The translations under genes were made by a program, and so were the position numbers. 64,000 bases of DNA from positions 3,808,001 to 3,872,000 of the forward strand of contig OZ240248.1 in the NCBI GenBank assembly GCA_965198235.1, given 5' to 3'. Below, in pieces: positions 29,102-40,900 of the stretch (position 1 is the first letter of the stretch; each line of letters starts with the position of its first letter). The notes under the pieces are model-generated. The model was not told the DNA's origin. It did no database searches and saw nothing but the letters and a program-made list of their open reading frames with translations. This DNA is from Candidatus Poribacteria bacterium (GTDB lineage Bacteria; Poribacteria; WGA-4E; WGA-3G).

Positions 29102-30238
29102 ATGGCTGATTTGAGAAACACGATTGCGCACATTTTTGAACACAAACAACACTTAGCAGGAGTTAATGAGGCGACCACCCAACAATATGTCGTTTTACCG
29201 ATTCTACGCGCTTTGGGATGGGATGATACCAATTTAGCATCTATGGATGTTATACCCGAATATAAGGTGGAGAATAGAAGGGCTGATTATGCTTTACACA
29301 TCCAACGGGAGCAGAATCCTGTGGTGTTGATTGAGTGTAAACGGTGGGATCAACCGATCGGAAAGAACGAGGAACAGATCTGCTTCTATGCCTATAGCGG
29401 AAATGTCCCACTGGCGATAATTACAAACGGTAAACTCTGGCGGTTTTATCTCTCTCGGTGGGAAGCCTCAAGTTTGAGTGACAGGATTTTTTGTGAAACA
29501 GATATTGAAAATCGAGAGGATGCTATCTCCAATTTGGAGAAATATCTTCTGAAGTCGAATGTGGCATCGGAGGAGGCGGAGCTCAACGCCTACATAGCAT
29601 TGGAAGAAAGTGAAGAGACTGATCCTTCAAAATCTAGCGCAGTTAATTCTGTAACTGGCCGTCCTAGTGATATAATTGATAGCACATTATCAAATCAAAA
29701 GGTAACAAATAATCGCAAATCTACGGAAAATGACACCAACGAGGGGACAATAGTGCGGGTTAAAGATTCATTATCCCAAGAACTTAGAAGCAACTATGAA
29801 AAAATATATCCTGAAGAGAGACTCAAGTTGTTTTACAGGGGCGTTGAAGGAGTACAAAATTTGATAGAAGAAAAGGGATGGAGACTAAATCCACCAAAAA
29901 TTTCAAACATGCTTTGTGGTTTTTGGCTAACCGATAAAGGGATTATAGGAAACATAAGAAGGGTATTTGGACTTCTGCCTGATGTTGGTTTTCCCACCGA
30001 GATTGTAGATAGAGATGGTGATTTAATTAAAAAGACGAGGGCTTCTATTCCACCGAGACTCTTTGTCCGGATAACGGAAGAAGAAGCAGAGGCATTGGAA
30101 CGTGAACATGATGGATGTGAATTTTGTGGTATCAGCAAGGATAAATCGGCGGATTACGTCTATTATGATATCCCTGAAAACATATCGGAACTCCTCCCTG
30201 TCCTTGAATTTGCCTATAACAAACATCGCGGGCAGTAA
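29102..30238 (+). CDS. HsdR_N-type restriction endonuclease domain protein with unknown C-terminal domain
   Basis: NEATTQQYVVLPILRALGWD, PEY...ADY...IECK, ITNGKLWRFY; AT-richer than neighbours by eye. Confidence 0.8.
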   Translation: MADLRNTIAHIFEHKQHLAGVNEATTQQYVVLPILRALGWDDTNLASMDVIPEYKVENRRADYALHIQREQNPVVLIECKRWDQPIGKNEEQICFYAYSGNVPLAIITNGKLWRFYLSRWEASSLSDRIFCETDIENREDAISNLEKYLLKSNVASEEAELNAYIALEESEETDPSKSSAVNSVTGRPSDIIDSTLSNQKVTNNRKSTENDTNEGTIVRVKDSLSQELRSNYEKIYPEERLKLFYRGVEGVQNLIEEKGWRLNPPKISNMLCGFWLTDKGIIGNIRRVFGLLPDVGFPTEIVDRDGDLIKKTRASIPPRLFVRITEEEAEALEREHDGCEFCGISKDKSADYVYYDIPENISELLPVLEFAYNKHRGQ

Positions 30239-30358
30239 TTCCAATTCGCTCACATCACAAATACCTTCCAAGCCACCCACCAAAATTTGTAGACATCAAC
30301 TTATAATCCTGTTATACTATCCTCACAAACGAATAGGAAGTGAATTTGATGCAAGCAC

Positions 30359-30582
30359 GTAGGTTGGGTTGAACGGAACATCAAAAAGCATGGCATTTGG
30401 CGTAGAAACCTGCAATTTCCAAAATGCTTGAAGTTTCAGAGACATTAGTGAAACCCAATTTTCAGTACTCTGTTGTGAAAGTGTTGGGTTTCACTATGTA
30501 TATTTTAGACGAGAGCCTACTGAAAAGTATCAACTTTCTTGATATTGATACCCTTTCGCCTTCCCCGTTCAACCCAACCTAC
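30359..30582. repeat. 224-bp REPIN/MITE-like palindromic element
   Basis: Perfect 18-bp IR GTAGGTTGGGTTGAACGG (30359-30376 / 30565-30582) plus inner 13-bp IR; right half recurs at 23132-23235 and the end at 18577-18593. Confidence 0.85.
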
Positions 30583-30625
30583 AAGACCAGATTACAAATC
30601 TCACGTAACATAGGAGGAATCGGTT

Positions 30626-31354
30626 ATGAAACTGGTTAAATCGGTCCTATTGATTGCACTGCTTTGTGTTGTCAGTCTTTTTTCGGCAGGAATCGCTGTT
30701 GCATTAGAAGAATGGATACATGTTGATATAGAACCGTATTCCAACACGAAGTTGGTTAAACATCAGTGGTGGACGAAGAATCCTGGGGATAGTACGCTTT
30801 CTCGTCTGCCCATCGGTGAGATTGATGAGTTTGAAGGACCGGACGGGAAGGTAGAGTTTAAAATTATAGATGGTGCCATTGTTCTCTTCGGCACCAATGC
30901 AGCGATATGGCCCAAAGCGGTTGAAGACATCGTCATTGGCGGTAAGGCAAAGTTCATCTATTTTTTTCACGCGACCGGATGGGAACAGAACGGCGTTCCA
31001 AGTTACATTTTCGTGATGAATTATCGGACTGGAAAGAAGGAAGAGCTTGAAATGATTTCAGGTTTTAACTCAGATGATTGGTGCCACGAGGATGCCGCAC
31101 TTAAAGACGATAACTCTGTCTGGGGATGGGTAAAGAAGGAAGGCGGTCCTTGTGGACACGCAGGGTTGGTTACCACAAAATGGGAAAACCCGCGACCCGA
31201 TGATTGGATTGAAACGATAGATGCCATCTCGTTGGAATTAGGGTCAGTGCCTGTGATTCCAGCGATTACCTTAGGCGAGGCATCACTCGCAGTTGACCCT
31301 GCCCAGAAATTGGCTGTCACTTGGGGAAGTCTGAAAAGCCCTCGTAGATTCTAA
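30626..31354 (+). CDS. Secreted protein with C-terminal TW tail
   Basis: Signal peptide; ends AVDPAQKLAVTWGSLK; AGGAGG RBS. Confidence 0.8.
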   Translation: MKLVKSVLLIALLCVVSLFSAGIAVALEEWIHVDIEPYSNTKLVKHQWWTKNPGDSTLSRLPIGEIDEFEGPDGKVEFKIIDGAIVLFGTNAAIWPKAVEDIVIGGKAKFIYFFHATGWEQNGVPSYIFVMNYRTGKKEELEMISGFNSDDWCHEDAALKDDNSVWGWVKKEGGPCGHAGLVTTKWENPRPDDWIETIDAISLELGSVPVIPAITLGEASLAVDPAQKLAVTWGSLKSPRRF

Positions 31355-31364
31355 ACTTTCCTTG

Positions 31365-31393
31365 CAGGCGAGGTTTCTAACCTCGCCTGTTTT
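31365..31393 (+). terminator. Probable intrinsic terminator (REP-like hairpin)
   Basis: CAGGCGAGG-tttctaa-CCTCGCCTG followed by TTTT. Confidence 0.55.
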
Positions 31394-31420
31394 CGTGTTT
31401 CGTGTCCGACTATAATAAAA

Positions 31421-31449
31421 TTGACTTTGTGGGTCGTCTATGCTATAAT
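31421..31449 (+). promoter_or_regulatory. sigma70-type promoter of groEL
   Basis: TTGACT-17-TATAAT with TG extension. Confidence 0.75.
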
Positions 31450-31509
31450 TACATTAGCGATTTGTAATCGCAACATTTTTAATATCTAATATTGCAACAC
31501 TAAAATTGA

Positions 31510-33159
<1,650 letters not shown>

Positions 33160-33245
33160 GTTCATTCATCGTTAGGCGCGCTTTCAAAGGCGCGCCTACC
33201 TACACAAATACACGACTTTATTTTCTATTCTATCCGTCACTGTCT

Positions 33246-33707
33246 CTAATACCGTGCCTCCATCCCGCTATCCCAATCGCAATCGAGACAAAACATCACC
33301 GTCGGTCCTAAGTACTGGATGTTTTTGCCACCACATTCCGGACACATTTTTATCGGCTTTTCGATTTCATCCGTCTCACCGTGTCGGAGAATGTTCAAAT
33401 AATACACCTTTAGCACACCCGGATAACGGTGTCCCATCGGACAGCGGATCAGATCGGAACTATCCTTCTCAAAACGTTCCATTGTTTCTCGAAGGAACGT
33501 CAATCGGCGGTGGCAGATCGGACACGGGTTAGGGGTCAGTTCCTTCAGGACGACCAAGTCCGTATTTTCTTGTTGGATAGAGACTGGCAAAGTGAGGTGA
33601 TGCGCGAGTTGCAAATGCGATATACTTTGACACCCAAGTTTTTCGGTGAGCTCAGAAACGAGTTTCGCGTAACTTTGTGGGCTCAGTACCACTTCTGTCG
33701 GAATCAT
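33246..33707 (-). CDS. Hypothetical double zinc-ribbon protein
   Basis: CPIC...CPMGH and CPEC...CLDC pairs. Confidence 0.65.
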   Translation of the reverse strand: MIPTEVVLSPQSYAKLVSELTEKLGCQSISHLQLAHHLTLPVSIQQENTDLVVLKELTPNPCPICHRRLTFLRETMERFEKDSSDLIRCPMGHRYPGVLKVYYLNILRHGETDEIEKPIKMCPECGGKNIQYLGPTVMFCLDCDWDSGMEARY

Positions 33708-33792
33708 CGTTCCGCCCTTTAAGCTGGAGAGAAGCTGATAGATGCGTTCTAAAATGGGCTGCCACCCCCTATACCTTCATAACAGAAAAGAA

Positions 33793-34173
33793 CTATACTG
33801 TCCTACCTTCGGTTGGTTCAGAAACTAATGTCCGTTCATTACCCCGCGCGAGTGGTGATGAGGATACACCCCTTTGGGAACGGTAAGCATCAGCTGGTTG
33901 GTTCCGAATCAGAATTAAGTCATCCCCGTCACGCTCAATAATATCGTCCTGCCTTAATGTTATTTCAAACTTTCGCATACTGGTCATGAAGTTGATGGTG
34001 ACGCGCGCTGTTGCCTCCAACTTAATCTGCCAGCCGGTTGCCGTTTTCGTCCGAGTGAACCGATCACTAATATCAAGGGACTGCATCTGCGCAGCATTGA
34101 CGATCACACCGCTTGTTGCCTGTGTTTGCTCTTGGGCTTCGACAGCACTCTCGTTATTATTTTGGTCAGCCAT
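33793..34173 (-). CDS. Hypothetical protein
   Basis: GAGGTG RBS before ATG at 34173 and own promoter; no recognised motif. Confidence 0.65.
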   Translation of the reverse strand: MADQNNNESAVEAQEQTQATSGVIVNAAQMQSLDISDRFTRTKTATGWQIKLEATARVTINFMTSMRKFEITLRQDDIIERDGDDLILIRNQPADAYRSQRGVSSSPLARGNERTLVSEPTEGRTV

Positions 34174-34209
34174 GTTGCACTTCACCTCTACAAAATTTGA
34201 ATTGAGCAT

Positions 34210-34239
34210 ATTCTAACATAGAGAATCGTCTGTTGTCAA
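34210..34239 (-). promoter_or_regulatory. sigma70-type promoter (divergent pair, minus)
   Basis: TTGACA-18-TAGAAT with TG extension. Confidence 0.6.
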
Positions 34240-34315
34240 ACCTATTTTTTCTATGTTACTGTTCGATACCCGATCTTAACCGAGAACCGATAGTGCTAAG
34301 AAAGCAGAAATCGGG

Positions 34316-34345
34316 TTGACATTGATCCCCTAATTCGACTATAAT
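34316..34345 (+). promoter_or_regulatory. sigma70-type promoter (divergent pair, plus)
   Basis: TTGACA-18-TATAAT. Confidence 0.65.
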
Positions 34346-34371
34346 ATGTTGTGAAAGGAATTAATCCAGAT

Positions 34372-36756
34372 ATGCGATTCACCTATTTTTTGCCAGGGTG
34401 GATAGTTGTGCTCGGTATCGGTGTTGTCATCGGTATAACCCTATTTGTTTATTTGCGGATAGCGCGTCCATTGCACCCGAGGTATAGATTATTGCTCATT
34501 CTGCTGCGCATCGCTGCAGCGTCGATTCTGCTCGGTTGTCTCTTAGCCCCCGTTGTCATCGAAAAGAAAGACATCACACCACCGACGCACCTCTCCATCT
34601 TAGTGGATACTTCGCGAAGTATGCAGCTCGTCGATGTCCCTATGAGCGAGATACCTATATCGAGACTCAGTCAGATGAATCAACTGCTTTTCAATGTCCC
34701 GGGGCAGTTCCTGCAAACCTTGCGAGATAGGTTTGAAGTTCATCTCTATCCTTTCAATACGCGACTACAACAAAGTGTCCTGTTAGCACAAGAGAGTGAT
34801 TCTCCAACGCCACACTTAGAGGCGGAAGGAGCACTTACTGATATTGGAGGAGCAATACGAGAGGCTGCAGCAACATGGAAAGGGCAACAAACCGCTGGTA
34901 TTGTCCTTATTACAGACGGTGCACACAATTCTGGGCAGTTCCCTTTGGAGACGATCACTGCATTGGAAGTGCCGGTCTACCCGATAGGTGTCGGTGCTGT
35001 GGAACCCCCAAAAGACATTCAGATTCAGCGTGTCAATTACACGCCAATTGCTTACACAAACCATGAGAGTGTCATTCGTGTGAGCATTGTGCAAGCGGGC
35101 TACACCGGTAAAACGACCCAGTTGTCTTTGCGGGAAGTAGAGAGTAAAAGACTCGTGGATGCCGTAACGTTGACCTTCACCCCACATCAGAAGGTAAACT
35201 CTGCGGATTCCAGCACAAAACAGGTTATTGAGTTAAAGTTGACACCGCAATCAGAGGGGAATTTTCAATACACTGTTACGCTTCCAACGCTTGACGGTGA
35301 GCTCACGGAGGCGAACAATCAGAAGACGTTTTCGGTGAAGGTTGTGAAGGCAAAGCTGAACGTTTTCTATCTGGAAGGCAGACCCAGATGGGACTACGCC
35401 TTTTTGAAACGGACATTAGAACGAGACCCAGATATTGAGGCTACTTGTGCAATCCTATCGTCTAATAGATTAAAGCGGTTACCTGTAGATAGCGTGCTCA
35501 ATCGTTTAGACGGATATTATCCACAAACAACTCCGGCATCGGAAACTCCACGGTTCCCTGAAACGCTCGCCGAACTTTCTAAGTACGATGTGCTAATTTT
35601 AGGTGATTTGCGAGCTGAGCATCTTACCGTAACGCAACAACGCGCAATCGTTGATTTCGTTGAGACGCAAGGAAAACCGGTTATCTTTCTATCTTCTCGG
35701 AACATGCTCGGCGTGAATGGACTCGGAAATACAGAATTAGCGCAACTGCTGCCGATTGACATCCCGAAGAATGGATGTCGTATAGAGGATACAGAATTTA
35801 CTGTGCAGCTAACTCAATCCGGGGCGTTTCACCCAATGTTGCAGCTTGATGACACCCAGGTCATACAAACAGGTCAAACCGCAGTGCTGGACGGAAATAA
35901 CTTGAGCTTGTGGCGGAACATGCCAGCGTTGCCGCGAGCCTTCAGTGGATTCCGTCTCAGGGGTGGCGCAACTGCTTTGATGGAAAATGGGAAAGGCATG
36001 CCTATTCTGATTCTCCAAAGAGCAGGTTTAGGCAAAAGCCTGATGATTGCGGCGGAAGGCTTCTGGAATTGGGATTTTGGTGTTAGAACCTTTAAAGACA
36101 CGCGTTATCACGCAATCTATCCTCGCTTTTGGGCACAGGTGCTGCGGTGGATGGCAACAAACACCGATGACAAGAACGTATATCTTACTACGGATGCCTC
36201 TACTTATGCGATAGGGGATACAGTGAAGGTTACAGCGTATCTCTACTCTGAAACCTATCAACCGCAAGCGAATGCAACAGTTCAGATCGAAGTGGTGCCT
36301 CCTGATGGAGTCCCTTTCCAACTCCAGATTAGCGCAGCGACTGAAAACATGAACGGGCTGCTGTCGCAACAGAACACAACAGCGAATATGAGCAACCTCT
36401 ATACTGCCCAATTCGTGCTACTGCAAAAGGGACAGTACCGAATTCGCGCAACTGGCAGGAGCGGCAATCTGAAATTAGGTGAGGATCAAATCGATATTTA
36501 TGCCCATCCGCAGCTTGCTGAATTGGAGAACCCGCAGCTCAATGAAGACTTGCTGAAGCAACTTGCCGGACAAACCGGTGGTGCCTATTTTACGATGGCT
36601 GACGCGGAATCAGTCCCAGAAAACATTGCCAACGTCCAAAACCCGATATTCGTTGATGCAGAACGTGAACTCTGGGCACATCCTTTAATTCTCATCACCG
36701 TCGTCGGATTATTGGGTACTGAGTGGTTTTTGCGTAAACGGGTTGGACTGACTTAA
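34372..36756 (+). CDS. Membrane vWA-domain / glutamine amidotransferase-like protein
   Basis: N-terminal TMs, MIDAS DTSRSM, TDIG, LITDG, EGRPRWDYAFLKR, C-terminal EWFLRKR. Confidence 0.8.
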   Translation: MRFTYFLPGWIVVLGIGVVIGITLFVYLRIARPLHPRYRLLLILLRIAAASILLGCLLAPVVIEKKDITPPTHLSILVDTSRSMQLVDVPMSEIPISRLSQMNQLLFNVPGQFLQTLRDRFEVHLYPFNTRLQQSVLLAQESDSPTPHLEAEGALTDIGGAIREAAATWKGQQTAGIVLITDGAHNSGQFPLETITALEVPVYPIGVGAVEPPKDIQIQRVNYTPIAYTNHESVIRVSIVQAGYTGKTTQLSLREVESKRLVDAVTLTFTPHQKVNSADSSTKQVIELKLTPQSEGNFQYTVTLPTLDGELTEANNQKTFSVKVVKAKLNVFYLEGRPRWDYAFLKRTLERDPDIEATCAILSSNRLKRLPVDSVLNRLDGYYPQTTPASETPRFPETLAELSKYDVLILGDLRAEHLTVTQQRAIVDFVETQGKPVIFLSSRNMLGVNGLGNTELAQLLPIDIPKNGCRIEDTEFTVQLTQSGAFHPMLQLDDTQVIQTGQTAVLDGNNLSLWRNMPALPRAFSGFRLRGGATALMENGKGMPILILQRAGLGKSLMIAAEGFWNWDFGVRTFKDTRYHAIYPRFWAQVLRWMATNTDDKNVYLTTDASTYAIGDTVKVTAYLYSETYQPQANATVQIEVVPPDGVPFQLQISAATENMNGLLSQQNTTANMSNLYTAQFVLLQKGQYRIRATGRSGNLKLGEDQIDIYAHPQLAELENPQLNEDLLKQLAGQTGGAYFTMADAESVPENIANVQNPIFVDAERELWAHPLILITVVGLLGTEWFLRKRVGLT

Positions 36757-36903
36757 ATTGATTGCAGCGTCTCTTGATGATTGTTCATGTTCCTATTCCC
36801 GCTGGAATTAACCGAAAACCATCGTGGAACGTAGTGGAACGATGAGCAGATTTTAATAGCTTAAAAAATGGTTTTTGCGTAAACGGGTTGGACTGACTTA
36901 AAT
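36724..36903 (+). repeat. 35-bp perfect direct repeat enclosing a 110-bp element
   Basis: TGGTTTTTGCGTAAACGGGTTGGACTGACTTAAAT at 36724-36758 and 36869-36903. Confidence 0.92.
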
Positions 36904-36961
36904 GGCTATCGGAAACCGTCAGTCGTCAATAACAAGGATGGAAGGGTGAACGGGTGGAACG

Positions 36962-37654
36962 ATGAACAGAAACCCCATAGTTAAAAAATTTTGGATCGGT
37001 TGTTTCCTCTTTTGCGCCGTGACTGGTGTACAGGTGAAGCAGGGTTCGCAGGCTTCCGATGTCCCGATAACTATCGCCCAAATCCATTATAGTGGCGGTG
37101 GTGATTGGTATGGCGACGCGACAACTATCAAAAACTGGCTTCAACTCCTCCGAAATCGAACAGATATTGAGACCGCTGAGGACAGGGTGATTATTAAGTT
37201 GACGGATCATAGCCTTTATCAGTATCCAATACTCTATATGGTAGGACACGGGAATATCCAATTGACTGAAAGTGAGGTTGAGGCATTGCGGGATTATCTC
37301 AAGAGTGGTGGGTTTCTGTTCGCCAATGATGATTACGGGCTTGACAAAAGTTTTCGTCGTGAAATGCAGAGAGTATTTCCAGAGCAGGAACTACAGCCTA
37401 TCCCAAACATGCACCTGATTTATCGCTGTTTCTACGAGCTTCAAGGACTCCCCAAAATTCATGAACACGACGCTGAACCCGCACAAGGATTTGGGCTTTT
37501 TCATGATGGACGTATGGTCGTTTACTATGCCTACAGTGCTGACATCGGTGATGGGCTTGAGGATGCCGATGTACATCCAGACGATACACCCCAGGTCCGT
37601 GAACTTGCGTCGAAAATGGCAGTAAATATTGCTGTATATGCGCTGACGCATTAA
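36962..37654 (+). CDS. DUF4159-domain protein
   Basis: YSGGGDWY, YPILYMVGHG, LRDYLKSGGFLFANDDYG, DIGDGLED, NIAVYALTH. Confidence 0.85.
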   Translation: MNRNPIVKKFWIGCFLFCAVTGVQVKQGSQASDVPITIAQIHYSGGGDWYGDATTIKNWLQLLRNRTDIETAEDRVIIKLTDHSLYQYPILYMVGHGNIQLTESEVEALRDYLKSGGFLFANDDYGLDKSFRREMQRVFPEQELQPIPNMHLIYRCFYELQGLPKIHEHDAEPAQGFGLFHDGRMVVYYAYSADIGDGLEDADVHPDDTPQVRELASKMAVNIAVYALTH

Positions 37655-37671
37655 GCAGTATGAGAAAATTT

Positions 37672-37793
37672 AGGACGGACGCACGCTGCTCTTTTGTAGC
37701 ATAACCTGTTAGGTTGTGCACGGGCACTGACTGCGTTGTTTATAGACTTCCTATCTCCCCGTGTGGGCTATGATCTGAAATTGCGTCCGTCCT
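37672..37793. repeat. MITE-like element with 12-bp perfect TIR
   Basis: AGGACGGACGCA ... TGCGTCCGTCCT; related AGGACTTACGCA ends at 41635 and 26702-26713. Confidence 0.65.
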
Positions 37794-37901
37794 GAAAATT
37801 AACTGAAGATCGCAAGTCCGAAATGTAATGGAGGACGACTCTACGGAAATTGAGGTCAGTTTCCTAAGCACGCCCATCAAACCGCAAGGTAAAATTAAAA
37901 A

Positions 37902-40900
37902 ATGCACAAACCTACTTCACCAAACCGCAAGGTAAAATTAAATGATGTGAACGCGGCTTACGGAAACCTTATTGATCGATTGCGTGCTATTCGGCGACAG
38001 TGGCGATGGCTCACTTTCTCTGAAGGACTCTTGAAGTGCATCGGTATTCTTGCCCTTGTAATGGCAGGGACACTTATCATTTTAGCGATGAGTTTCCAGT
38101 TATGGCAGTTCCCCTTCTCGCGCTGGATACGCATCGCGATCATCCTATTATCAATAGGTGGTGCCGTCTATGCAGTCATTCGGACATTCGTTCTACCGCT
38201 CTGCAATAAATTGACGGACGCTGCTGTCGCGTCGCGCCTTGAATCGACGCAGACAGAGGCAGCCTTCGCCGCTGAAAATCGGGTTCTCAGTGCCGTCCAG
38301 CTTTGGAAGACTTTGGAGAACAACCGGCTTGGGTATGCCCCAGAATTCGTTGAACATCTGATTGTCCAAGCCAGCCGGGATATGGAGCAGGTTCAGCACA
38401 GACGGGTATTTCAGCCCGAATTTCGGAAGATTAGACGAAATGCAGGTGTCGCTGTCGGCGGAGTCGTCCTGCTCCTCGTTATACATTTCCTTTTACCTAC
38501 CGCGTTTACAGGCTTCGCACAGGCTTTCCAGACCTTACCAAAAACGCTGCAAGACGATCAGGAATATCTAAAAAAGTCCATTCAGATTACAAAAATCCAG
38601 CCCGGTAATATCCAAATTGAACGAGGGACCGATGTTAACGTAACTGCTGAAGTAGGCGGACATCTTGGGGCTCCCGTCGTACTTTACTATCGCGTTGCGG
38701 ATGAATCGGAAACCATCGGTTTCCATCATCAACTTGTTAAAAAACCTTCCATCCTTGATAGCGGGTTGGACTTCACCGAAAACCACCGTGAAACAAAGTC
38801 GAACGGTGACCGGATTCAATCGTTTAAAAAATGGCAATCGCTATCTATGCCCCGTATGTCTACTGATGCCGGACGGAGTTTACAGGTTTCCGAGATTTCG
38901 CTGCCCTACAGCGCGACGCTTGAAAATGTGACACGTCCACTTCAATACTATATTTCGGTCAAAGAGGTAACATCGGAACAGTACCAAATAACAATCAGCA
39001 ATGAACCGATTGTCACGCAGTTCCAGTATCGACTCAATTACCCTGCCTACACGCAACTACAGTCCCAGACGCTTCCAGCAAACGTCGGGGACATCCAAGT
39101 GCTTTTTGGAACAGAGGTTGTGTTCACTGGGGAGAGCAACAAACCGCTTCAGAAGGCACACATCGCTTTTGATGCGTCAGGTGATGTTCCGTTGGAGATT
39201 AGGGAACGACAGTTACAGGGTGCTATTACACAATTAATGAAGGATGAACAGGAAGCCGCCTCCACACCGCAAATAATACAAGGATCTTTTGTTGCTCGAC
39301 AGAGTGAAAACTATCGTATCTACATTACCGACGTTGACGGATTCATGAATCGAGACCCCGTTAACCGGACGATTACCGTTCTCGAAGATGCCGCGCCCGA
39401 TGTTGCTATTGTCGCACCCGCACGCGATACCGTTTTAGACGATGCTATGTTGGTTAAACTTAAGGTAGAGGCAACAGATGACTACGGTATACAGGAACTC
39501 CAATTGGTATACCGCGTTGAGAGTGAAGGTGCCGAGGAGGTAAATGTGCCTTTAAAACGTTGGGAGGTCGAGGGCGCGCGCTCACATAGATCGGTTTTTG
39601 TGGCATACACGTGGGATGTCGATCGGATTGGTATTTTCCCCGGCGAAACGCTCGCGTATTACGTTCAAGCCTTGGATATTGACGATGTCTCAGGACCGAA
39701 TATCGGCAAGTCTCATACCTACACACTCCGCTTTCCATCCCTCTCCGAGTTATACGACGCGCTCGCTACAGAGCAGGAAACCGAACAACGCGGGCTTGAA
39801 GAACTCGTTGACGAACAGGCAGACGCGACCGGTCTGGTTGACACGCTTCTCGATAAAATCAGGAAAAGCCAGGAACTCACCCTTAATGACGAAAACCTGA
39901 TGCAACAGGTCCTTGAAAATCAGAAACAGATTGAGGAGACGGCGAAGCAGCTCATCGAAGACATGCAAGAGACAGCGGAAGAGATGGAACAGAATCAACT
40001 CTTTGACGCTGAGACCATCGAGAAGTATCAAGAACTGCAAGACCTGATGGAGAAAGCACTTTCTGAAGAACATAAGGAGCTTTTACGGAAGTTATCAGAG
40101 GCACTCGCAAAACAGGAGATAGATGAGCAAGAGCGGTCGATGGCGGAAGCGAATCTCAGTCAAGAACAGTTCTTACAACAATTGGAACGTGCCAAATCGC
40201 TCTATGAACAGATTCTCCTCCAACAGGAGCTCGAAGCTGCGGCGAAACAGGCGAAGGCACTCGCCGAACAGCAGAAGCAGTTGATGGATACGTTGGAGTC
40301 GTCGGAACAGTCCGCACCTACAAGCGACCTCGCACAAAAAGAGGACCGGGTGGCAGATGAATTCAAGCAGCTCAGCGGAAAGTTAGAGGAACTCGGCACA
40401 AAAATGGGGGAACTGGCGCAGAATAACGAGAACGCCCCACCGCAAATAGAACGACTTGCGGATGAAATCATTCGACTCAACCAGTTTGCGCACGAGCATA
40501 AACTGTCTGAAATGCTTGAAGCGACGAGTGAGAATCTCCGGGGTGGGCAGAATAGCGAGGCACTCGAATCGGGACGAGACGCGGAACAGACCCTCACAGA
40601 ACTCGCACAGGGCTTGGATAACGCGTTGGCGTTCATGGAAGGGGCAAACGCCAACGAAACCTTGACCGCACTGCAGGAAGCCGTTGAAAGTGGGCTCCAC
40701 CTCTCACATCTTCACGAGAAGGTCCTCACGCAAACGAACGACATCCTTGTCACTGGGCAGTCTGATGCTTACATTTCAAGTGAGATTGTGCGATTGCAAC
40801 AACTCGCCGCTGATGAACTTAGTACAGCAGAGAGTATCACACAGCTTTCCAGCAAACTTTGGGAGTTAGGGAACCGACAGATAGAAGTCCCACCTGAGGC

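Noticed and set aside
30424-30639. Short ORFs within REPIN elements (also 23125-23334, ending PFNPTY)
   Set aside because: The shared peptide comes from the repeated DNA, with no sign of coding
34273-34299. CIRCE-like AGTGCTAA
   Set aside because: Only the right arm is present; no TTAGCACTC 9 bp upstream
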